From the NCBI GenBank assembly GCA_963847185.1, contig CAWJYV010000007.1, positions 1 to 64,000 on the forward strand: a DNA stretch of 64,000 nt, written 5' to 3'. The notes beneath the pieces are model-generated. The model worked only from the letters and a program-made list of their open reading frames with translations. It was not told the origin of the DNA and made no database searches. Of the stretch, positions 36,757 through 47,478 are shown in pieces. How positions within the stretch are numbered: the stretch's first letter is position 1; the number at the start of each line of letters is the position of its first letter. The position numbers and the translations under genes were made by a program. The stretch is from an uncultured Methanosarcinaceae archaeon. Lineage in GTDB: Archaea > Halobacteriota > Methanosarcinia > Methanosarcinales > Methanosarcinaceae.

Positions 36757-37809
36757 ATGACAAACGTTGCAATCATAGGGACTGAAAAAAGCGGAAGGAC
36801 TTCTCTTGCCGCAAACCTCGGAAAGAAAGGGACTTCTTCCGATATAGCCATGTACAATAATGACAAGGAAAGCAGGAAAATGGTTTTTGTGGATGCCCAC
36901 AGCTATCCAAAAACCTTAAAATCTCTGGTTACGGCGTTGAATATTACTGACATGGTAATTCTCTGCATCCCTCCGCAGGGTCTGGATACCCATACCGGAG
37001 AATGCATTATTGCCCTTGACCTGCTCGGCTTCAAGCATGGAATTATTGCCCTGACACGATCAGACAGCATTCATATGCATGCAATAGATGAATTAAAGAC
37101 AAAAATCAAAGCAATTACTACAGGCACTGTGCTTCAGGATTGGGAATGCATTTCCATTAACACTAACAAGAGCGCAAAGAATCCCTTTGAGGGAGTGGAA
37201 GAGCTCAAAGCAAGAATCAACGAAATATCGGAAAAAATAGAAGCTGAACAGGCTGAACTCAACAACCTGCCTGCAAGGATTTTCATAGACCATGCCTTCA
37301 ATGTTACAGGAAAAGGCTGCGTAGTGCTCGGGATTGTCAAGCAGGGGATTTCAAAGGATAAGGATAAAACTAAAATTTTCCCTCTTGACAGGGATATCGA
37401 AATCCGTTCAATCCAGAGCCACGATGTAGATATTACAGAAGCCCCGACCGGTACAAGAGTTGGAATGCGCCTGAAAAACGTCCAGGCCAAGGATATAGAG
37501 CGGGGCTTTATCATATCAGATAAAGAAATCGTAACTACAGATTACACTCTGGAGTGTACCTTCTCAAAGTTCACGAAAAAGGTTGAGATTGGAAATGTGC
37601 TCCATCTTTTCGTGGGTCTGCAGTCCGAACCCACTCGCGTGGAAAAGATTCTCATTGACGGCCAGGAAGTAAAGGAAGTGAAACCTGGAAGTATATGTGT
37701 ACTGGAACTTTCAGGCAACAAAAAAGTCGCCTACAGCAAAGAGGATCGCTTCCTGCTGGCAAATCTGGACCTTACACAACGCTTTGCAGGTTATGGTTTT
37801 GCAAAATAA
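36757..37809 (+). CDS. SelB/EF-Tu-like translation GTPase lacking the SECIS-binding domain
   Basis: Variant P-loop GTEKSGRTS; domain II motifs IDHAFNVTGKGCVVLG and IRSIQSHD; 350 aa. Confidence 0.85.
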   Translation: MTNVAIIGTEKSGRTSLAANLGKKGTSSDIAMYNNDKESRKMVFVDAHSYPKTLKSLVTALNITDMVILCIPPQGLDTHTGECIIALDLLGFKHGIIALTRSDSIHMHAIDELKTKIKAITTGTVLQDWECISINTNKSAKNPFEGVEELKARINEISEKIEAEQAELNNLPARIFIDHAFNVTGKGCVVLGIVKQGISKDKDKTKIFPLDRDIEIRSIQSHDVDITEAPTGTRVGMRLKNVQAKDIERGFIISDKEIVTTDYTLECTFSKFTKKVEIGNVLHLFVGLQSEPTRVEKILIDGQEVKEVKPGSICVLELSGNKKVAYSKEDRFLLANLDLTQRFAGYGFAK

Positions 37810-37914
37810 TGTAAGAAAGAAAAATTATCCAAAAAAGAAGTAATCATCCGGGAAAATTATCAGAAACAGTTACCAGTGAAGGAATTAGTCAAAATGTGTC
37901 AGCAGGAAAAAAAC

Positions 37915-38397
37915 ATGACCCGAGAACATGACAAAACTCTCTATGGCAGCGTCTTTCATAGAAATATCTGCTGGCAACGCTCATATGAAAGAGCAGAAGG
38001 TGAAGAAATGGTAATGGCTCTCTATGGCAGTCTCAGAAATGGACTCTATAATAGCCGACGTTTCGACCTTCCTAATAAGTCGGAATTTCTGGGAGCAACA
38101 AAAATTACTGGATATGCTCTTTACTCTCTGGGCCCATATCCTGCTGTCTACCCGGCTGATAACAGTTCTGTAATTGCAGAGGTGCGCAGGTTTTCAGGAA
38201 AGCAGCAGCTTGAGATAGCGAAATCAATTGATTATATGGAACTTTTCGGAGGGTATCACAGGGAGTATGTTGACCTTGAAATAGGAAAACAGAAGATCAG
38301 AGGCTTCATCTACGTTTATGATGAAAAGCCGGAGACTGAGATAATTGAACATGGTGATTGGGTGCATTACCTGAGGGAAAAAGATGAGGAACTTTGA
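37915..38397 (+). CDS. gamma-glutamylcyclotransferase (AIG2-like) family protein
   Basis: YGSLRNG, LYSLGPYPA and IEHGDW motifs; start uncertain. Confidence 0.8.
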   Translation: MTREHDKTLYGSVFHRNICWQRSYERAEGEEMVMALYGSLRNGLYNSRRFDLPNKSEFLGATKITGYALYSLGPYPAVYPADNSSVIAEVRRFSGKQQLEIAKSIDYMELFGGYHREYVDLEIGKQKIRGFIYVYDEKPETEIIEHGDWVHYLREKDEEL

Positions 38398-38409
38398 GAC
38401 TGCCTCTTT

Positions 38410-39183
38410 TTACAATTTCTTTAAAAATTCAAGACACTGAATACCCTCTTCAATTGAACTCATTTCAGTAACAAAGATTCCTTTATAATCCGAAAGCTTT
38501 TCCATAACTTGCTTCCAGTTTATCGTACCTTTTCCCAGAGGAAGATGTTCATCTTTTTTGCCCATGTTATCATGGATATGCACATGGGAAATTCGATCTC
38601 CTAGCTGGTTCAGAAACTCATCGACAAGACCTACGGTATTGGCGTGTCCTACATCGAAGGTGAAACCCACGTTGTGACTCCCAATTGAATCAAGCATTTC
38701 TTGCATTTCATCGGGGTATTTACCAAAAATTTTAGGAATGTCTGGCATATTCTCGACAGCTACAAGAATTCCAAAGTCCGCTGCAAAGTCACAAATTTCC
38801 CGAAGAGACGAAAGGTTAGTAAGGTAGGCTTCTTGCGGAACCTGCACACCATAAGGGGAAAGATAGCCAGGATGTATTACGGCAAGGTTGACGTAATTGG
38901 AAGCAAGAGTAAGGTAGTGCTTCATCTGCCTGATTACTTCTCCCCGAATTGAATCATTGAGACCTGCAAGATTCATGTCTGAAAAAGGCAAGTGCAGAGT
39001 AAGTTCAAGACCAGTTGTCTCATCAATATTTTTCAGATTCTGGATGTTCTTGCTGTTAAGGCACTGAGAACCTTCCTGTACGATTTCCCAACCGGTATAC
39101 CCATAGTCTTCAAGTGTGTAAGCCCACTTGAAAGGATTTTCAACGGCTGCGCGTGATGAAAAGCTGATTCTGTGCAAATGCAT
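38410..39183 (-). CDS. sugar phosphate isomerase/epimerase family TIM-barrel protein
   Basis: LHLPF, IHPG, VENMP, FDVGHA and HIHDN...DEHLPLGKG. Confidence 0.88.
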   Translation of the reverse strand: MHLHRISFSSRAAVENPFKWAYTLEDYGYTGWEIVQEGSQCLNSKNIQNLKNIDETTGLELTLHLPFSDMNLAGLNDSIRGEVIRQMKHYLTLASNYVNLAVIHPGYLSPYGVQVPQEAYLTNLSSLREICDFAADFGILVAVENMPDIPKIFGKYPDEMQEMLDSIGSHNVGFTFDVGHANTVGLVDEFLNQLGDRISHVHIHDNMGKKDEHLPLGKGTINWKQVMEKLSDYKGIFVTEMSSIEEGIQCLEFLKKL

Positions 39184-39244
39184 GACTACAAATCATTCCT
39201 TTTCATTTATTGATATAAATTTTAGGTAGGAATTAAGATATAAA

Positions 39245-39365
39245 TAACTGAACTTAGTTACTTAGGTTCAGTTAATTAAGCTCGGTTAATAGGCTGCTTA
39301 GTTATTAAACTCGGTTAATAGGCTTAGTTATTAAACTCGGCTAGTGGCTCAGTTATTAAACTCAC
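39245..39365. repeat. degenerate tandem repeats of TTAGTTATTAAACTCGG
   Basis: Three to four imperfect copies seen directly. Confidence 0.7.
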
Positions 39366-39389
39366 TTGATAAAATACTTTTACAACACT

Positions 39390-39872
39390 TCAGCTTCTTT
39401 CCACGTAGTCCATTTCTACTTCAATAACAGGTTTTCCTTCTTCAGTAAGAGGCAAAAGCCATTCAAAAAGTCTTTCCATCTCTTCTGGGGAATCAGCCCT
39501 GATAAGAACTTCAATGGATCCGAGAGCTTCTTCCTGAGCAGGAATGCTGGCTATGCCGGCAAAGGCAGCCTGTTTGTTTAGTAAAAATCGAACAGAAAGT
39601 CCGTCGCTGGATAAGCCTTTATTGAAAACCTTGTTGCGGACACTATCTATTATCTCTTCTCTGCGAATGAGCCCATGAAGAGTTTGGAGAAGATCAAGAC
39701 CTCCCTCTCCTGAAAGGAAAAAAGATGGAGGAATTCCTTTACCAGATTCTGTTGTCTCAATAGCCTCCTCTTTTTCGATTGACGTGTCAGTAAAAAGGGT
39801 TGAAATAGCTCTTATAACTTTTTCTGGGTCTTCAGTGGGATATACGGCTGCTGAAACCTTAACATGTATCAT
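39390..39872 (-). CDS. UPF0201 family putative RNA-binding protein
   Basis: VYPTEDPEKV and LNKQAAFAG motifs; ATG 39872 follows a GGAG SD. Confidence 0.85.
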   Translation of the reverse strand: MIHVKVSAAVYPTEDPEKVIRAISTLFTDTSIEKEEAIETTESGKGIPPSFFLSGEGGLDLLQTLHGLIRREEIIDSVRNKVFNKGLSSDGLSVRFLLNKQAAFAGIASIPAQEEALGSIEVLIRADSPEEMERLFEWLLPLTEEGKPVIEVEMDYVERS

Positions 39873-39897
39873 AAATTTACTCCATTTATTTTTAAAT

Positions 39898-40458
39898 CTA
39901 CTGTATCGGGCCTGCACTGGAATAATTATTCAAAACCTCGGCAACATCCTTCTTGAAAGTTTCTAGAGTGAAATTGTTCTCAATTTCAACATTGGAAGCT
40001 TCTATGGCTTCTCCCATGCCCCAGCCAAGTTCCCTCTCATCCCGATTGCGAAGTCCTTCTATACTGTTCATATCGTCGCTTCTGCCTCTTTTCTGGACTC
40101 TGGAAAAACGAATCTCAATAGGAGCGTAAATGGAAATCAGGACAAAACCTTTTCCGAATTCTCGCCTAAAACACTCTACTTCGGCAATTCCACGCACACC
40201 ATCCACAACCACAAGTTCAGAACCCGTTTCCCTAATCTGAGCAATACAGCGTCTGGAAACTGCGTCCATACCTTCACATTTACGGAGGTCCGTTGCAACC
40301 ATTCCTGTGTTGGAATCGTTGGGTTCAAGCCCGCGTTTTAATACTTCTTTTCGAATTACGTCGCCCATGTTAACAACAGGAATGCCCATCTCAGCGGCAA
40401 TTCTGGCAGCCTCTGATTTTCCAGAAGCCGGCATGCCTACGAATGCTATTATTTTCAT
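39898..40458 (-). CDS. UPF0200 P-loop kinase (dephospho-CoA kinase-like)
   Basis: GMPASGKS P-loop, MGDVIR, VDGVR and RGRSDD. Confidence 0.85.
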   Translation of the reverse strand: MKIIAFVGMPASGKSEAARIAAEMGIPVVNMGDVIRKEVLKRGLEPNDSNTGMVATDLRKCEGMDAVSRRCIAQIRETGSELVVVDGVRGIAEVECFRREFGKGFVLISIYAPIEIRFSRVQKRGRSDDMNSIEGLRNRDERELGWGMGEAIEASNVEIENNFTLETFKKDVAEVLNNYSSAGPIQ

Positions 40459-40650
40459 CAGAAATTACCTTTTAAACTTAAAATCATTAGACTTGAGTTA
40501 TAAACGCGAGTTAAATTTAGGTCAACAAACTTAAGTCGCCTTTAGCTCAAAGCTGAGTAAATAATACTCAATAGAACTCGAATAAGCTATAGACCTTAAT
40601 AAGTGAATAATAGATCGTACTTTACTTGAATATAACCTGACAAATGAAAA

Positions 40651-40708
40651 TAATCAATCGTATTAACTAATCAATCGTATTAACTAATCAATCGTATTAA
40701 CTAATCAA
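40651..40708. repeat. 17-bp tandem repeat TAATCAATCGTATTAAC, about 3.4 copies
   Basis: Read directly from the sequence. Confidence 0.9.
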
Positions 40709-40762
40709 CTGTATGTTAACTTATGAATATGATGATCCTAGTCAAACCACAGGATCATATAT

Positions 40763-40805
40763 ATTATTTCCTGAAAATTATTTCCTGAAAATTATTTCCT
40801 GAAAA
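40763..40805. repeat. 14-bp tandem repeat ATTATTTCCTGAAA, 3 copies
   Basis: Read directly from the sequence. Confidence 0.85.
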
Positions 40806-40979
40806 GCTAAGTATCTAAAGAAATGATAAAGTTATCCTGAATAAGAAAAGGGAGAAGAGCAAAGTAAGGAAAGGAGAAGAAAGGAAAAAAGGAAGGAGAA
40901 AGAGGAAAGAAAAGAAAAAGGAAAAAAGGATAGAAAAGAAAGTAGAGAAAACAGTGATAGAGTTCAAGGGCTCTCGATT

Positions 40980-42224
40980 TTATGAAAACATTTTATTGAA
41001 AACTGAGGCCTTAAAGTCCACCAGGGGCTTAAGCCTATAATCCTCAAGAAGTACCTTCCGAGTATTTTCTACTGGAACGCTAAGAGAAATTTCTTTTGTC
41101 CGGCCGTAACGGCCTTTACTTACGACTACTGCATTGACTATGCCCAGCATGTCAAGTTCGGACATCAGATCAGTAACTCTGCGCTGAGTAAGGATGTCCA
41201 CATCAATGTGGTGACAGAGTTGGCGGTAGACATTGTACATCTCACCGGTCGTAACATTTTTACCTTCTCTACCCCGACTTCGCAGTAATATAATACTATA
41301 GAGCACTAGCTTGGACTGTGTAGGAAGGGTCCTTACTACCTCAACTACGCGGTCAATTTCGATCTTTTCCTGAGCACGCCTGACATGTTCTTCAAGAACT
41401 TGAGGCTGGTTTTCTCTTTCTGCAATTTCTCCTGATACACGCAGGAGGTCAAGGGCGCGACGAGCATCGCCGTGTTCCTGGGCTGCAAAAGCAGCACATA
41501 AGGGGATTACCATTTCACCCAGTACGCCGTCATTGTAAGCCATTTTTGCCCTTTGCTTCAGGATATCGCTGATTTGTTCAGCGTCATAGGGTGGAAAAAT
41601 TAATTCTTCTTCACCAAGAGAACTCTTGACTCTTGGATCCAGAAACTCAGTAAATTTCAGATCATTTGAAACTCCAATCATGCTGACTTTAGCTTTCCGC
41701 AGATCCGTATTAATTCTTGAGAGATTGTAGAGAACATCATCGCCTTTTTTGATCAGCTTGTCGATCTCGTCCAAAATTATGATAATAACCTGCTCTCTGG
41801 AATCAATTGCTTCTTTAAATTTCATGAAGACCTGATCAGTAGGCCATCCTGTCATAGGAACTTCTTCTTCAAAGTGTCTGGCAAGGTTTGCAAGGAGTCT
41901 GTATTGTGTATCTATAACTTCGCAATTGATATACACAACAGAGCAAAAAAGTGACTTATCTTCACTTACCCTCTCAAGTTCCTTTCCTACATACCGGGTC
42001 ACCGCAGTTTTTCCTGTTCCAGTTTTACCATATATCAATACATTGGAAGGGGTCTCTCCTCTGAGTGCTGAAACTAGGATTGTTGCAAGGCTATTGATTT
42101 GCTCATTCCGGTGTAGCAAAAGGTCAGGTGTGTATGAAGGCCGAAGAACCTCTTTGTTTTTAAAAATTGATTGTCCGTCAAGTAATTTTTCGAATAAGCC
42201 GTCTAATGATTGAGCTTTTATCAT
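40980..42224 (-). CDS. cdc6: Orc1/Cdc6 replication initiator
   Basis: Walker A GKTGTGKT, Walker B ILDEID, GDARRALDLL and winged-helix SKGRYGRT; ATG 42224 follows an AGAGGG SD. Confidence 0.97.
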   Translation of the reverse strand: MIKAQSLDGLFEKLLDGQSIFKNKEVLRPSYTPDLLLHRNEQINSLATILVSALRGETPSNVLIYGKTGTGKTAVTRYVGKELERVSEDKSLFCSVVYINCEVIDTQYRLLANLARHFEEEVPMTGWPTDQVFMKFKEAIDSREQVIIIILDEIDKLIKKGDDVLYNLSRINTDLRKAKVSMIGVSNDLKFTEFLDPRVKSSLGEEELIFPPYDAEQISDILKQRAKMAYNDGVLGEMVIPLCAAFAAQEHGDARRALDLLRVSGEIAERENQPQVLEEHVRRAQEKIEIDRVVEVVRTLPTQSKLVLYSIILLRSRGREGKNVTTGEMYNVYRQLCHHIDVDILTQRRVTDLMSELDMLGIVNAVVVSKGRYGRTKEISLSVPVENTRKVLLEDYRLKPLVDFKASVFNKMFS

Positions 42225-43111
42225 GAATGACCCTCTATAAAAATTAATGATATCAAGAACGTCACAAGTTAAGACGGTTGATATGAATTCTAGAGATTTA
42301 AAATTAATATAGATGAATAATATATCCAATTAATTACCACAGTTAATAAAACATATAACTAATTTTTTCCTGGACTTCATTTCCAATTATCATAATAAGT
42401 CTTAAAATTGAAAATCTAGTTTAAAGAGTGTATTTTTTAGGGATTATATAATTTATTTTTCCAAATTTTCAGCCGCAGGAATAACCCACAGTCTTACCCG
42501 AACATTTTGTATTCTAAAAATCAGGTCTCAGAGAGTCTGATTGCTTTAAGAATTTAAGCTTTTTATGAATTAACTTATTTCATAATTTTGGGGGAAATTC
42601 TAATATTTTGGCGCCAACTGCCAGTTAATTGGATTCAAGACTTTTGAAGACATTTTTCAGCTTTTTTCAGAGTTTTTCTGAACAAATAATTTTAGTTTTA
42701 TACAGTCATAATTACTGGATAAACTTCATCTTGATATAGTAATGGTTATTGAGCGAAATAATATTATAACTCCAATAATTTTATAATAATTAATAGATTC
42801 TTTAGACAATTATTTGCTGGATATTTGCACTAAAGGTAAATCCGGTCATGAAGAGAAAGTGGATAAATGATACATGTTTCTTAAAGTTAATGGATGAAAG
42901 TTGATACATGAAAATATCTTTCTGTATAACCTTCCGATAAAGTAATGTATAAGTTACCCAGGATGGAGTAATATTCAGGCCGTGATGAAACCTACATTCT
43001 GGGTCGTCTTTATCTAAAATATTATTATGATTTAATATATAAACCTGTAATTTGAGACTATATTTGCAGTAGATGCAATGGAAGTACACGGTATTAATAG
43101 TTATGGTAAAG

Positions 43112-43132
43112 ACCCGTTTGTTTCCAGTGGAA
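43112..43132 (-). promoter_or_regulatory. ORB
   Basis: TTCCACTGGAAACAAACGGGT on the minus strand. Confidence 0.8.
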
Positions 43133-43778
43133 AGGTATTTAATCTAAAGTACCCACCGAAAAAACAAACCCAGCAGACATGCCCATACGGAAAGAAAAAA
43201 TTCCAAATTCCAGAACCGATAGAGGTACAATAAAAACCCTCCTTTTCGGATGGAAAAGAATCTGATTATTTTTTGCTTTATTACTAAAAATCAATGAATA
43301 AAAAATTTGATATAATTTAGATAACATCAAAATATTTTGTTGATTTATTTTGAACTCTGAACTCTATTTTTAGAAATTTTGACATTTTTGATATATATCC
43401 TGAATTTTGTTCATTTGGATTCGGTTGATTTTTATGCACAACTTCGAATATTGCATACAGATTTTCCAATATAATTCCTTTATATATTGCATAAAAATGG
43501 CACTTATGACTTTTTGTTCCTTAACCGAATCCAAATGGACTTCTACTTTAAAGTTTTGACTTATTTCTTTTATGATAGGACTTACGCGATTGAACTGAAT
43601 AATCAACAGCCTCAAACCTTCAACTGTTTAAAGCATCGATTTATTAATGATGTCTATTGATCTTGATTTTGAACTTCAAGTACGTAAGTCCTATTCTGAT
43701 TATGTTAGAGTTCTAATGACTAATTTTTGAATATCTAATCCCCAGATTTTTTTAAATTGTAGACAGAGTTAAAGAACT

Positions 43779-43892
43779 GAAAATGAAACTTAAGAGGAAA
43801 ATGAAACTTAAGAGGAAAATGAAACTTAAGAGGAAAATGAAACTTAAGAGGAAAATGAAACTTAAGAGAAAAATGAAACTTAAGAGAAAAAT
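43779..43892. repeat. 18-bp tandem repeat GAAAATGAAACTTAAGAG, 6 copies, inside the origin region
   Basis: Five identical units, one with a single substitution, and a partial seventh. Confidence 0.95.
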
Positions 43893-44004
43893 AGGAAATG
43901 GAAGAGATTGAAATATTGGAAGAAAGTTGAAAAAAGGAAATAAAATTGTAATATTAAAAAAAGTGAGAAAATGAGAGTAATAAAGACGAAGCTTCACCAT
44001 GAAG

Positions 44005-44025
44005 ACCCCTTTAATTCCACTGGAA
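44005..44025 (-). promoter_or_regulatory. ORB
   Basis: TTCCAGTGGAATTAAAGGGGT on the minus strand. Confidence 0.85.
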
Positions 44026-44043
44026 AGTTTAAATACCACCCGG

Positions 44044-44063
44044 ACCCTATTGTTTCCACTGGA
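44044..44063 (-). promoter_or_regulatory. ORB
   Basis: TCCAGTGGAAACAATAGGGT on the minus strand. Confidence 0.85.
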
Positions 44064-44291
44064 GGGGGTTGAGCCTCTGAAGAACAAAATAAATAAGAAT
44101 TAATTTTGTTATGGAACAAAATAATGTTGTTGATTTATTTCATTAATAGTATATATACATTGTTATTAAAAAAATATAATAGGTTAAAAAGTCTGAAGTT
44201 ATTGTAAAAGATTCTAAAATAGTTGTTTAAGTTTAAAGAAGACTTCTTGAGATCTTAGGCAAAAATCCTTTCAGTTAAGTCCTTCCACTCA

Positions 44292-44312
44292 CTCCAATAG
44301 AAACAAAGGGGT
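44292..44312 (+). promoter_or_regulatory. ORB, inverted relative to the others
   Basis: CTCCAATAGAAACAAAGGGGT. Confidence 0.75.
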
Positions 44313-44671
44313 CCCTCTCCACCTTAAACATCTTTAGACAAAAATAGCCTTATCATTCCTGTTTTTATTATATTTATGATATTAAATAAATCTTTCCAGA
44401 TTTAAGTTGTTTATAGAAACCTGTTCTTTAATGCAATAATTATGTTGGGATTATTGACTTACTCATGAAGTATGTTTATTGGTCAGTGTTATATACTTTC
44501 GAGTGTAACTAATTTATAGATTTATTGACCAACTAATTTTTTTGTAATGTTAATTTAATGTTAATTATTCCGGACACTTCGAAAAGGTTTGGATCTTTCT
44601 GGTGTACGTGAAGTTATTTTGTATCTACATTCCATAAGTCTTTTAAACAAAACTGGTTTTACCTTATCCAT

Positions 44672-45859
44672 ATGAATTATCAGGGTCTTTCTGAGGAAGA
44701 GATATTTTCCTATCTGGAAAATGTAAAGTCAGAAGATACGGACTATTATCGGGTTTTAAGCTCAATGTGTACTCACCCCCACAGGATAGCAGTTGAAGCT
44801 CACAGACTCTTTATTGAGGCTAACCTGGGTGACCTTGGGCTCTTTGCCGGAACTCACAGGTTGGAGAGAGAGGTCATCAGAATGCTTGGGGAACTTCTTC
44901 ATGCTCCGTCTGTTGAGACTCCTTCAGGAGAGTATTGTGAAAATTCAGTTTGCGGTTACCTTACGACAGGAGGTACCGAATCAAATATCCAGGCTGTCAG
45001 AGGCATGAAAAACCTTGTAACTGCAGGAAAAAATGAGTTAGGGGCAACGCCGAATATAATAATTCCCGAATCGGCTCATTTTTCCTTTGATAAAGTAGCC
45101 GATATGATGGGCATTGAAGTTAAAAGGGCTATTCTGGATTCAGAGTTTAAAGTAGATCCTAGCTCTGTCGAAAACCTAATAGACACAAATACCATAGGGC
45201 TTGTAGCTATAGCAGGAACTACGGAATTTGGCCAGATAGATCCTATCGAGGAACTCTCAAAGATTGCTCTTGAAAACGAACTTTTCTTTCACGTCGATGC
45301 AGCTTTCGGAGGCTTTGTAATTCCTTTCCTTGATAAAGCATATTCATTTGATTTCAAAATTCCAGGTGTCACTTCTATTGCAATAGATCCTCATAAGATG
45401 GGCCTTTCAACCATTCCATCAGGTGCTCTCCTGTCTAGGTCTCCTTCTTTTCTGGATTCCCTTAAAGTGAATACTCCATACCTTACCACAAAATCCCAGT
45501 TCACTCTTACAGGCACCCGGAGTGGGGCCTCAGCTGCAGCTACCTGTGCTGTTATGAAACATCTCGGCTGTGAAGGTTACACTAAAAATGTACAATACTG
45601 CATGCAGTTGACGGCAAGAATGATTGAAGAAGCTGGAAAAATAGGTTTTGAGCCTCTGATAGAGCCCGTAATGAATGTAGTCACCCTAAAAGCTCCGGAT
45701 CCTGATCATATTCGAGAGCAACTCCTCAGGAGATTCGGCTGGAATGTCTCAATTACCCGTAGCCCCAGATCTCTCCGCCTTGTACTCATGCCTCACACCA
45801 CGGATAAAGATATCGATGAATTCCTTCTGGATCTAAAAAAAGTAACATCAGAGCTTTAA
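44672..45859 (+). CDS. mfnA: L-tyrosine/L-aspartate decarboxylase
   Basis: LSSMCT, NLGDLGLF, TGGTESN, HVDAAFGG and the PLP lysine in DPHKMG. Confidence 0.93.
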   Translation: MNYQGLSEEEIFSYLENVKSEDTDYYRVLSSMCTHPHRIAVEAHRLFIEANLGDLGLFAGTHRLEREVIRMLGELLHAPSVETPSGEYCENSVCGYLTTGGTESNIQAVRGMKNLVTAGKNELGATPNIIIPESAHFSFDKVADMMGIEVKRAILDSEFKVDPSSVENLIDTNTIGLVAIAGTTEFGQIDPIEELSKIALENELFFHVDAAFGGFVIPFLDKAYSFDFKIPGVTSIAIDPHKMGLSTIPSGALLSRSPSFLDSLKVNTPYLTTKSQFTLTGTRSGASAAATCAVMKHLGCEGYTKNVQYCMQLTARMIEEAGKIGFEPLIEPVMNVVTLKAPDPDHIREQLLRRFGWNVSITRSPRSLRLVLMPHTTDKDIDEFLLDLKKVTSEL

Positions 45860-45958
45860 ATCCATAGCTTTTTTAATTATATTAATTCATAAAATCTAAT
45901 ACTTTTTCTTAGTATTTTTGTGCAATTTGTCCACTTTATATGGACTTACAAGCAGGTA

Positions 45959-46163
45959 TCTATAGTGCTATTGCCAAATAGTAACTTGGAAAACGTTATC
46001 TTGCTGAGGAGAGCATTGTCTTGTTTCTATAGCTATTGCCAAAATAGTAACTTGGAAAACGTTATCTTGCTGGGGAGAGATATCTTACTTGGGAGCTATT
46101 ATGTTTCATTATGATTATAATCACTTGCAAAATATTTATGATTATAATCACTTGCAAAATATT
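45959..46163. repeat. two local direct duplications (about 55 bp x2 and 27 bp x2)
   Basis: GCTATTGCCAAA(A)TAGTAACTTGGAAAACGTTATCTTGCTG twice; TTATGATTATAATCACTTGCAAAATAT twice. Confidence 0.85.
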
Positions 46164-46383
46164 CTAGATTAATTTTTAAAAATAAAATTTCAGGATGAAA
46201 TTCATATCCTGAATCAGTTAATATATATAATTTAACAATCCATAACTTAATAAAGATATAATAATTCAGGAACCTTAAAAGTTTGAACTTTAAAAGTTTT
46301 AATTAATGCTTTGAGTTATAATGTTTTGAATTCAGTGCTTTACTTACCAGTATCATAAAAAGAAAAAGGGGGTATTTCATTTT

Positions 46384-47478
46384 ATGAAATCGTCATTGGA
46401 AATAGGAAGTATAATGGGTATACCTATTAAACTGCACGTAACTTTCCTTCTGATACTTCCCATGTTTGCTTATTTGTTTGCTATCAATAAGCAGCCATTT
46501 GGTTTTCTGGAAGTTGAACCACCTATGACGAGATATATGCTTTCTGTTTTGACCGCCATCCTGCTATTTGCCTCAATTCTTTTACATGAACTTGCACACT
46601 CGTATCTGGCAATGCGTTACGGGGTCAATATTGAGAGCATTACTCTCTTTCTCTTCGGAGGGGTATCTGCTATGGAAGAGATGCCTAGAGAACCCGGAGA
46701 GGAGGCAAAGATGGCTTTTGCAGGACCTTTAACAAGTCTTATTATAGGCTCTGTCTGTCTCTTCTTATACGGGAACCTTATATCCCCAAATTCTGCGCTT
46801 TCTCAAAATCCGATATACAATATCATCTGGATTCTTGGAACTATGAATATAGTTCTTGGGGTATTCAATCTGCTGCCCGCTTTTCCAATGGACGGAGGTC
46901 GTGTGCTCCGTGCCTTCTATGCAAGGAAAATGTCTTATGTGAAAGCTACTCAGAGCGCAGCCTCCGTTGGAAAGTTTTTTGCTATTCTTATGGCGATCTT
47001 TGGAATTCTTGTCGGAAATCTCTGGTTTCCTCTGATAGCTCTCTTTATCTATGTCGGAGCTTCTGAAGAGGAACGCTCAACTCAAGTCGAAGCAACTCTA
47101 GAAAATATCCTTGTCAGGGATATCATGACAAAGAATATTGCTTCTGTTCAGCCGTCTATGAGCGTTGAAGATCTGGTTCATTTTATGTTTGAGAAAAAAC
47201 ACATGGGTTATCCTGTAATTGAGGGAAACGCCTTAAAAGGAGTTGTAACTTTCACCGACATTGAACGTGTTCCATATCTTGATCGTCCAGTAGCTCGGGT
47301 TTCAGATATTATGACCAGAAATATCATATCCGTTCCTTCGGATGCGAAGGCGAGCGATGCTTTGAAACTAATAACGTCTAAAAATATCGGAAGGGTTATG
47401 GTTATTGATAATGGATCTCTTGTAGGAATACTTTCGAGAACAGATCTTGTACACGTCTTGAGACTCAAATCAGAATGA
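46384..47478 (+). CDS. M50 site-2 protease with C-terminal CBS pair
   Basis: HELAH zinc motif, AGP, NLLPAFPMDGG, transmembrane segments and two CBS domains. Confidence 0.93.
   Translation: MKSSLEIGSIMGIPIKLHVTFLLILPMFAYLFAINKQPFGFLEVEPPMTRYMLSVLTAILLFASILLHELAHSYLAMRYGVNIESITLFLFGGVSAMEEMPREPGEEAKMAFAGPLTSLIIGSVCLFLYGNLISPNSALSQNPIYNIIWILGTMNIVLGVFNLLPAFPMDGGRVLRAFYARKMSYVKATQSAASVGKFFAILMAIFGILVGNLWFPLIALFIYVGASEEERSTQVEATLENILVRDIMTKNIASVQPSMSVEDLVHFMFEKKHMGYPVIEGNALKGVVTFTDIERVPYLDRPVARVSDIMTRNIISVPSDAKASDALKLITSKNIGRVMVIDNGSLVGILSRTDLVHVLRLKSE

Larger units (their letters stand above)
43100..44320. other. chromosomal replication origin (oriC) upstream of cdc6
   Basis: ORBs at 43112-43132 (-), 44005-44025 (-), 44044-44063 (-) and 44292-44312 (+); a very AT-rich stretch between the inverted boxes (about 44085-44280) is the predicted unwinding element. 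Confidence 0.88.

Noticed and set aside
42802-43615. Short ORFs between cdc6 and the origin core
   Set aside because: AT-rich low-complexity translations with no homology cues, overlapping ORB sites.
43779-43892. CRISPR array (also considered for 51267-51341 and 55843-55981)
   Set aside because: Units are directly adjacent with no unique spacers, and there are no cas genes.
43752-44087. 111 aa hydrophobic ORF with FLLSFI repeats
   Set aside because: Translation of the 18-bp repeat, overlapping origin ORBs.
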